This document shows, piece by piece, positions 26,234 through 32,000 of a stretch of 32,000 bases of DNA. The stretch's first letter is position 1; each line of letters opens with the position of its first letter. Under the pieces are notes generated by a model that saw only the letters and a program-made list of their open reading frames with translations, did no database searches and was not told the DNA's origin. The stretch lies in assembly GCF_900142215.1 (NCBI RefSeq), contig NZ_FRAC01000026.1, positions 44,872 to 76,871 of the forward strand. The letters are read 5' to 3'. The DNA is from Anaerocolumna jejuensis DSM 15929. GTDB lineage: Bacteria > Bacillota > Clostridia > Lachnospirales > Lachnospiraceae. Position numbers and translations under genes: made by a program.

Positions 26234-27232
26234 ATGAGTATATTGTTACCGGAACTAAAATCCAGCTCTGTAATAACACGAGTAAACGCCGGTGAACCGG
26301 TTTTAAGTGCCAGGGATATGCCCTATGAGGCTGAGTGCATCTTTAATGCCGGAGTAGTAAAATACAAGAATAAGTATGTTATGGCATTCCGCAATGATTA
26401 TGATTATAACGGGAAAGGCGGCTTTCATAAATGCTTTATCGGATTAGCCTTCAGTGATGATGGTATAAAATGGGAAGTAAACAAGGAACCCTTTTTAACA
26501 GCGGCAGATATCCATGACCCGGATGTAACCAGAGTTTATGATCCCAGGCTGACCGTAATTGAAGATTTATGCTATCTTTGCTTTGCCGTAGATACCAGAC
26601 ATGGTGTCCGGGGTGGAATTGCTGTTACGAAAGACCTGAAAAGTATCGAAGTGCTGTCCTTAACTGCTCCGGATAACCGGAATATGGTTCTCTTTCCGGA
26701 AAAAATAAACGGAAAATATATACGCTTAGAACGTCCCTTTCCCGTTTATTCAAGAGGCGGAATCGACCGCTTTGATACCTGGATTTCCTTCTCACCGGAT
26801 CTTCGTTATTGGGGCGGTACAAGGCTCTTATTAGCAGTTGAGGATGTTCCCTATGCCAATGATAAAACGGGTCCGGGAGCCCCCCCAATCAGGACAAAAG
26901 CCGGATGGCTTACCTTATTCCATTCTGTGGATATTGACTGGACAAGAGGGAAAAACGGCTGGGAAGAAAAATGGCAGAAACGGTATTGTGCAGGAATCAT
27001 GCTATTGGATCTGAATGATCCTTCTAAAATAATCGGCTTATACAAAAAACCGTTAATTGCACCGGAAACCCGATATGAAACCGAGGAAGGTTACCGAACA
27101 AATGTTATATTTCCGGGTGGTATGATTTTAGAAGAAAACGGTGAGGTCAAAATTTATTACGGTGCCTCCGACACGGTGGAATGCCTGGCAATTGCTAATG
27201 TCGATGATTTAATTGCCCTTTGCCTTTCCTAG
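26234..27232 (+). CDS. GH130 family beta-mannoside phosphorylase (phosphorylase-type motif set)
   Basis: FNAGVVKYKNKYVMAFRND, VYDPRLT, PDNRNMVLFPEKINGKYIRLERP, ANDKTGPGAPPIRT and LFHSV are present. This pattern of basic residues matches what I recall for the phosphate site of characterised GH130 phosphorylases. Confidence 0.82.
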   Translation: MSILLPELKSSSVITRVNAGEPVLSARDMPYEAECIFNAGVVKYKNKYVMAFRNDYDYNGKGGFHKCFIGLAFSDDGIKWEVNKEPFLTAADIHDPDVTRVYDPRLTVIEDLCYLCFAVDTRHGVRGGIAVTKDLKSIEVLSLTAPDNRNMVLFPEKINGKYIRLERPFPVYSRGGIDRFDTWISFSPDLRYWGGTRLLLAVEDVPYANDKTGPGAPPIRTKAGWLTLFHSVDIDWTRGKNGWEEKWQKRYCAGIMLLDLNDPSKIIGLYKKPLIAPETRYETEEGYRTNVIFPGGMILEENGEVKIYYGASDTVECLAIANVDDLIALCLS

Positions 27233-27250
27233 AAAATTTATTACATTCAT

Positions 27251-27406
27251 ACTTGCTCCCAATGCATACCGCAGACAAGTCTGCGGTACTGCCATAAATA
27301 ATGGGGTGTGAAAGTGCTTTTCTTTCACACTTGCTCACATTGCATACCGCAGACAAGTCTGCGGTACTGCCATAAATAATGGGGTGTGAAAGTGCTTTTC
27401 TTTCAC
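27251..27406. repeat. Tandem duplication, 2 x 78 bp (76/78 identical), each unit carrying two perfect hairpins
   Basis: Units are at 27251-27328 and 27329-27406, and a third unit begins (acttg) at 27407. Each unit contains taccgcaga-caag-tctgcggta and gtgtgaaag-tgctttt-ctttcacac. Confidence 0.9.
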
Positions 27407-27429
27407 ACTTGTCCTTCTATCTGTTCTAT

Positions 27430-27470
27430 CTGCCGGATTAATTCTAAACTCATTTATCCGGCAGTTTTTT
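27430..27470 (+). terminator. Rho-independent terminator of the permease-permease-GH130 operon
   Basis: A 9-bp stem ctgccggat/atccggcag followed by a T6 run. Confidence 0.75.
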
Positions 27471-27550
27471 ATTGAATTTGTACTGCTTCTTTACACCACG
27501 AATTTTCTTTCTCATTCCAAATGGTAATGCTCATACAACAAGCCCACCCT

Positions 27551-28441
27551 CTACTCTTTGACTGACCCCATTACCATACCTGTGATAAGATATTTCTGTA
27601 GAAACGGATAAATCAGCAATAATGGTATAATTGCTACCATAATCTTGGCAGCATTCAAGTTCTTATTGGATAATTCAGCGGCATTGCCCAATGCTGCGCT
27701 GGAAGTACTTTGCCTTAGCAGTTCCTGCATGTCAACACGTAAGGATTGTATGTAGGTCATAATCGGATAATTTTTTACTTTTTGTATATAAATTAATCCT
27801 GCAAAGAAGTCATTCCAGTTTCCAACTATACTAAACAGGGCAATCGTTGCAATACTGGGCTTCGCACAGGGAACCAAAATTTTTGTAAGTACCTGAATTG
27901 GTGTGGAACCGTCAATAACAGCTGCTTCCTCTAAGGATTTTGGTATTCCAAGGAAGAAGTTCATAACAAGAATTACATTAAATATAGGCAATGCTCCAGG
28001 TAAAATAAGTGCCCATATGGAATTTAGCAATCCAAGATTTTTCACTAAAATAAAGCTGGGAATCATACCACCGTTAAATAACATGGCAAAAATCAATAAA
28101 TTCATATAAATATTGCGAGCCTTAAACTCCCTTTTAGTTTTCGTAAGGGGATATGCCATTAGTACACATAGGGAAACATTTAACAGCACTCCAAAGAAAA
28201 CCCTTATTACGGAGATTCCAAAGGAACGCCAGAATTGATTGTCACCTATTATTTTCTTATAGGCTGCCAAAGTAAAATCGATTGGCAATAAACCTACTTT
28301 ATTGGCAGATACTGCTGCACCACTACTAAAGGATATGGCAACGATATTCCATAAGGGCAGCAAACACATTACTCCCAAAAGAAACACAACCGCATAAATT
28401 ATAATATTTCGAACCTTTGATGAAAAGCTTCTATTATCCAT
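27551..28441 (-). CDS. ABC sugar transporter permease (LplC-like)
   Basis: The EAA-loop is EEAAVIDGSTPIQVLTKILVPCAKP. The AGGAGG ribosome-binding site overlaps the stop codon of the upstream permease gene, which suggests translational coupling. Confidence 0.9.
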   Translation of the reverse strand: MDNRSFSSKVRNIIIYAVVFLLGVMCLLPLWNIVAISFSSGAAVSANKVGLLPIDFTLAAYKKIIGDNQFWRSFGISVIRVFFGVLLNVSLCVLMAYPLTKTKREFKARNIYMNLLIFAMLFNGGMIPSFILVKNLGLLNSIWALILPGALPIFNVILVMNFFLGIPKSLEEAAVIDGSTPIQVLTKILVPCAKPSIATIALFSIVGNWNDFFAGLIYIQKVKNYPIMTYIQSLRVDMQELLRQSTSSAALGNAAELSNKNLNAAKIMVAIIPLLLIYPFLQKYLITGMVMGSVKE

Positions 28442-28454
28442 CCGGATATACCTC

Positions 28455-29357
28455 CTAAAATATCTTCCTGTCAGTAAATTTCTGCGTCAGACCATTTGCG
28501 CTCAGAAGTAATATCATGCCAACCAGAGAACGCAGCAAACCAACTGCAGAGCCAAAGCTGTACTGTCTTCCCACCAGACCAATCCGGTAAACATAGGTAT
28601 CCAGAACATCACCTGTTTCATACACCATCGGAGAATAAAGATTGAAAATCTGGTCAAATCCAGCACTTAAGATACTGGTAAGGCTCATTGCAGCCATCAA
28701 TAAGATAATGGGCATCATACCGGGGAGGGTAACATGCCACACTCTCTTCCACCAAGAGGCACCGTCAATAGCTGCCGCTTCATGCAGCCCCGGATCAATA
28801 GCCGTAATTGCAGCAAGGTATATAACAGAGCTATAGCCAAACTCCTTCCAAACATCGGTTCCCACCATAAGTCCGGGGAAGATCTTGTTGCTTCCCAGAA
28901 AATTAATTTTTTCCATTCCAAAGCCAGCTAAAATCTGATTGATACTGCCATCCAGATTAAACATATTGACAACTACACTGGCAAGAACTACCCAGGATAG
29001 GAAGTGAGGAAGGTATACTATTGTCTGAACTGTCTTTTTAAAGAACTTTATACGGATTTCATTCAAAAGAATAGAGAATGCAATGGCAACAATGGTTCCC
29101 AGAATAATCTTACCCAAGGCAATACCCATCGTATTTCTTACAATTTTCCAGATATCCGGCAGTTGAAACATATAGGTAAAATGCTTTAATCCTACAAACT
29201 TCGAATGAAAAAGTCCCTTTGCCGGAATAAAATCCTGAAAAGCCATAATGATTCCAATCATAGGGATATAACTAAATATAATTAAGAAAACCATTCCCGG
29301 AATCATCATTAAGTGATAGCTTCTTCCTGTACAGCTTAATCTGCTTTTCTTATTCAT
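28455..29357 (-). CDS. ABC sugar transporter permease (LplB-like)
   Basis: The EAA-loop is HEAAAIDGASWWKRVWHVTLP. AGGAGGA lies upstream of the ATG. Confidence 0.9.
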   Translation of the reverse strand: MNKKSRLSCTGRSYHLMMIPGMVFLIIFSYIPMIGIIMAFQDFIPAKGLFHSKFVGLKHFTYMFQLPDIWKIVRNTMGIALGKIILGTIVAIAFSILLNEIRIKFFKKTVQTIVYLPHFLSWVVLASVVVNMFNLDGSINQILAGFGMEKINFLGSNKIFPGLMVGTDVWKEFGYSSVIYLAAITAIDPGLHEAAAIDGASWWKRVWHVTLPGMMPIILLMAAMSLTSILSAGFDQIFNLYSPMVYETGDVLDTYVYRIGLVGRQYSFGSAVGLLRSLVGMILLLSANGLTQKFTDRKIF

Positions 29358-29402
29358 GTCTTCCTCCTGCTTCTAAGGTAAAATCATACAACCTGAATTT
29401 AA

Positions 29403-29590
29403 GGGGCTGTTGCAAAATGATGCTCTGCGGAGTATAACTTTGCCATAATGCACTGTTTGACAGACAGATGATTTGAATGCTATACGCGAACATATTATGT
29501 ACGATTTTAGCATACAAATCATGCCAGCTGTCGGTCAACCGGTGTGTGAGGCAGGTTATACTCCGCAGAGCTTTTTTTTGCAGCAGCCCC
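29403..29590. repeat. Extended imperfect inverted repeat (about 190 nt hairpin) between the SBP and permease genes
   Basis: The outer 36-nt arms are at 29403-29438 and 29555-29590, with 31/36 complementary positions plus one G:U. The inner arms are atgatttgaatgcta (29468-29482) and tagcatacaaatcat (29508-29522). Further pairing exists between them. Confidence 0.85.
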
Positions 29591-29602
29591 ATATGAACTT
29601 CA

Positions 29603-31300
29603 CTATTTAATTTGGTCCTGAATTTCTTTTATAATCTGTTCTCCGCCTTGCTTGTTCCATTGTGAAACAAAATCCTGGAATCCAGAATCTACAGGAGTGG
29701 CTCCTGTCACTATCTTAAGGAAAGTCTCCTCTTCCAGTTTATTCAGGTTAGCCATATTGGTTTTCATAGTGGCTGTTTCCACAGGAAAAACCGGTGTGAT
29801 AAAGTTAATCGTATTTGACTCCGTCATAGATTGTATTAATCCAATTCCCTTCATACGAGAATGATATCTTGCCCAGTCCGCAGTAGCAGCATTTGCTGAA
29901 TCGGCCAAATAGGCCTTTACACTTTTGATTACATTTTGGGATTCTACCGTTCTTGCGTCTTCGATCTTGATTTCGTCCTTTACACCTTTTTCGATATCCG
30001 CATAATCGTCCAGCAAAGAGGTTGAAGAGCTTATCTCTATATTAAATGGACGCGCTGTTCCATCTACAGCATTGTTGATGTAATTTTCTACTTCTGGATA
30101 CTTTGCTACTTCTTCCGGTTTATATTTCATTGTATCATAGAACATATTTGCAATCTGTATTGCAATTTCCGGATGCTTAAAGCCTTTTCTTACAACAACA
30201 CCTCCAACCACAGGGTTAATATGCTTCGTATTTACCTTGCCCTTTTCATCTTCAATGGCATAAGCCTCGAAGGTGGCATTTTTATCTAATTCACGAACAT
30301 TATTCAGCAGCCAGTCCGGCATATGCCACGGTCCAAATACAATACCAATTTGTCCATTGGTAAGTAAAGATGTGATGTCATCCCACGTTCTTGTACCAAG
30401 CTGGGGATCAATGATACCTTCCTTAAACCAATCGGCCGCCAACGAAAGTGCACTCTTCATTGGCTCTGAAGTAGAACCATATGACACCTGTCCATTGTCA
30501 TTCATCCATGTTCTTGGATATGCACCAAAAGCAGATGTAACTGCATTTATAGAATTTGCGCTTGAAGGGTCGTCACCGGTTAAATTGGGTGTAAATGCCA
30601 TTCCTACCGGATTCTGAGCCTTTCCAGGATTTTTCTCTAAGAACTCTTTTGCAATCATCTTAAGTTCATCTAATGTTATAATATGATTATGATCTGCGTC
30701 CACTTTAATCCCCAACTCCTGTAACCAGTCACTTCTAATCCATGCTTCTGTTGGTCCTGGATCCGGATCTGTAGCCGGAAGCATCATGATTTTACCGTCA
30801 AAAGTAATTCTGTCTAATGCTCTTCCATCAAAGGAATCAACTGCTTCCTTTAAAGTATCACTGGCATACTTATTCCACACCTCTGTCAAATCAGCAATTA
30901 AATCATTGTCTACCATCTCTTCTAATACCGCTTGATTTCTTATTGTCATCATATCCGGTAATTCTCCGGAGGATAGTGCAAGGGAAATCTGTGTATCATA
31001 ATCTGTACCATTTGCTTCAAACGCATCTTTAAGGTCAATGTTCAAAACTTCTTCTGCCCAACGAGTATATGCATTATCCTCATAAGTATCTCCATCCGGC
31101 AATTTCGGGTTTGCAGTTGTCATTCTCCCCAAAGTAACTTCGTATTTATCCGCTTTACTGTTTGTTCCGCTTTCTGTTCCTTCCTTCTTTGATGAATCAT
31201 TTTTCTGATTACTTTGACTACTGCATGCTGCCAAGGATACTACCATACAGCCAGTTAGCAGAATGCTTAGTAACTTGCTTCTTAATCCTCTTTTTTTCAT
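29603..31300 (-). CDS. ABC transporter sugar-binding lipoprotein (large LplA-like family-1 SBP)
   Basis: MKKRGLRSKLLSILLTGCMVVSLAAC|SSQ contains a lipobox. A GGAGG ribosome-binding site is present. The protein is 565 aa. Confidence 0.9.
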   Translation of the reverse strand: MKKRGLRSKLLSILLTGCMVVSLAACSSQSNQKNDSSKKEGTESGTNSKADKYEVTLGRMTTANPKLPDGDTYEDNAYTRWAEEVLNIDLKDAFEANGTDYDTQISLALSSGELPDMMTIRNQAVLEEMVDNDLIADLTEVWNKYASDTLKEAVDSFDGRALDRITFDGKIMMLPATDPDPGPTEAWIRSDWLQELGIKVDADHNHIITLDELKMIAKEFLEKNPGKAQNPVGMAFTPNLTGDDPSSANSINAVTSAFGAYPRTWMNDNGQVSYGSTSEPMKSALSLAADWFKEGIIDPQLGTRTWDDITSLLTNGQIGIVFGPWHMPDWLLNNVRELDKNATFEAYAIEDEKGKVNTKHINPVVGGVVVRKGFKHPEIAIQIANMFYDTMKYKPEEVAKYPEVENYINNAVDGTARPFNIEISSSTSLLDDYADIEKGVKDEIKIEDARTVESQNVIKSVKAYLADSANAATADWARYHSRMKGIGLIQSMTESNTINFITPVFPVETATMKTNMANLNKLEEETFLKIVTGATPVDSGFQDFVSQWNKQGGEQIIKEIQDQIK

Positions 31301-31359
31301 ACATTTCCTCCAATTTTTTGTTTTACTGCTCCCCCGAAATGATCATTTCTTTGTATTTA

Positions 31360-31388
31360 AGTATAGCGGTTACCCAAAACTTGAACAA
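31360..31388 (-). promoter_or_regulatory. Candidate promoter of the locus-2 ABC operon
   Basis: On the minus strand: TTGTTC (31383-31388), a 17-nt spacer, then TATACT (31360-31365). Confidence 0.4.
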
Positions 31389-31439
31389 TATTAATATTTT
31401 CAGATTTATTGCACTATCTTCTTCACTTATGAATTGAAG

Positions 31440-31469
31440 TTGAGATTTTAAACTTTCCTATGCTATACT
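31440..31469 (+). promoter_or_regulatory. Candidate extended -10 promoter of the response regulator gene
   Basis: TTGAGA (31440-31445), an 18-nt spacer, then TGcTATACT (31461-31469). Confidence 0.4.
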
Positions 31470-31516
31470 ATGGTTAATGAAGCAGCTATCGGCTCATATA
31501 ATTTCAGGAGGTAACA

Positions 31517-32000
31517 ATGTACCATATTTTAATCGTGGATGATGAAAAGGATGAACGGAAAGTCATCCTTTTTCTGTTGAAAAAATTCAATATCGATCTT
31601 ACAATGCTTTCCGCAAGTGACGGTATGGAGGCATATAGCATTCTAAAAAGTCAACCAATCGATATCCTGTTTACCGATATTCAGATGCCGCTTTTGAATG
31701 GTCTGGAACTGGCTTCAAAGGCAAGAGAACTCTATCCGGACATTGAGATTATTTTCTTTAGTGGTCATGATGATTTCAATTATGCAAAAAAAGCACTTTT
31801 CCTGCACGCAGAAAATTATATATTAAAGCCTGTCAATCCCTTGGAATTAAAGGAAACCCTGGAAAAAGTCATGGGAAAATTAGAACATAGGGAAAATCCA
31901 TATGCTTCCTATGAGAACAGCATAAAAGAAAAATTTTATATACAAAATCCGCCGGAAGCCCCGGACTTTTCTGAAAGCGACGTGGAGGATTCTAAACTTC
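31517..32000 (+). CDS. Two-component response regulator, receiver domain (YesN-like; output domain beyond the window)
   Basis: AGGAGG lies 5 nt upstream of the ATG. MYHILIVDDEKDERKVILFLL ... DILFTDIQMPLLNGLELA ... IIFFSGHDDF ... YILKP shows the canonical receiver residues (DD, D, S/T, K). It is not in the ORF track because the frame is open to the window edge. Confidence 0.88.
   Translation, partial: MYHILIVDDEKDERKVILFLLKKFNIDLTMLSASDGMEAYSILKSQPIDILFTDIQMPLLNGLELASKARELYPDIEIIFFSGHDDFNYAKKALFLHAENYILKPVNPLELKETLEKVMGKLEHRENPYASYENSIKEKFYIQNPPEAPDFSESDVEDSKL

Noticed and set aside
27251-27406. Possible CRISPR array (also considered for 12611-12725)
   Set aside because: The repeats are directly tandem with no unique spacers, there are only 2-3 units, and no cas genes are in the window.
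29350-29592. 80-aa minus-strand ORF between the SBP and permease genes
   Set aside because: It lies wholly within the long inverted repeat and has no ribosome-binding site. The open frame is a by-product of the palindromic sequence.

Overview
This looks like a low-GC Firmicutes-type chromosome segment. The T-box leader, spoVFA-spoVFB dipicolinate synthase genes, Gram-positive lipoboxes and CUT1-type sugar ABC loci suggest a spore-forming Clostridia or Lachnospiraceae-like organism; that organism call is inference only. LEFT (1 to about 10.5 kb): visibly more AT-rich and accessory. It holds a secreted LRR plus transglutaminase-like protein that runs off the left edge, and a WYL-domain regulator followed by a membrane-tethered PAF-acetylhydrolase-like hydrolase. 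It also holds a decayed integrative-element remnant (integrase fragment, truncated MazG-like gene, frameshifted ORF, start-less ORF fragment) that abuts two 73-nt tRNA-Ala(GGC) copies about 2.6 kb apart. The rest of this part is a DPBB-domain pseudogene, a lipoprotein, a membrane-anchored hypothetical protein and a small leaderless stefin/cystatin-like protein. MIDDLE (10.5-18.7 kb): T-box(Met)-controlled metG, spoVFA-spoVFB, a secreted GH16 plus ricin-type (CBM13-like) glucanase, an SDR epimerase-like gene and an Fe-S aldo/keto reductase. RIGHT (18.9-32 kb): two sugar ABC loci without ATPase genes. Locus 1 has a YtdP-like membrane AraC regulator, a binding protein and a GH130 gene on the minus strand, with a divergent permease-permease-GH130 operon on the plus strand. 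Locus 2 has a binding protein and two permeases on the minus strand, with a divergent YesN-like response regulator that runs off the right edge. I saw no CRISPR array, rRNA, intact transposase, or recognisable defence or toxin-antitoxin module. The items most worth a second look are: the bacterial stefin-like protein; the dual-GH130 locus with a shared promoter box; the duplicated and degenerate tRNA-Ala flanking decayed islands; two structured intergenic elements that share a CCGCAGA/TCTGCGG core; and three tandem 35-37 nt repeats between the T-box terminator and metG. All family calls come from reading motifs by eye, with no database or folding software. Promoter, hairpin and repeat coordinates were counted by hand and may be off by a base or two.
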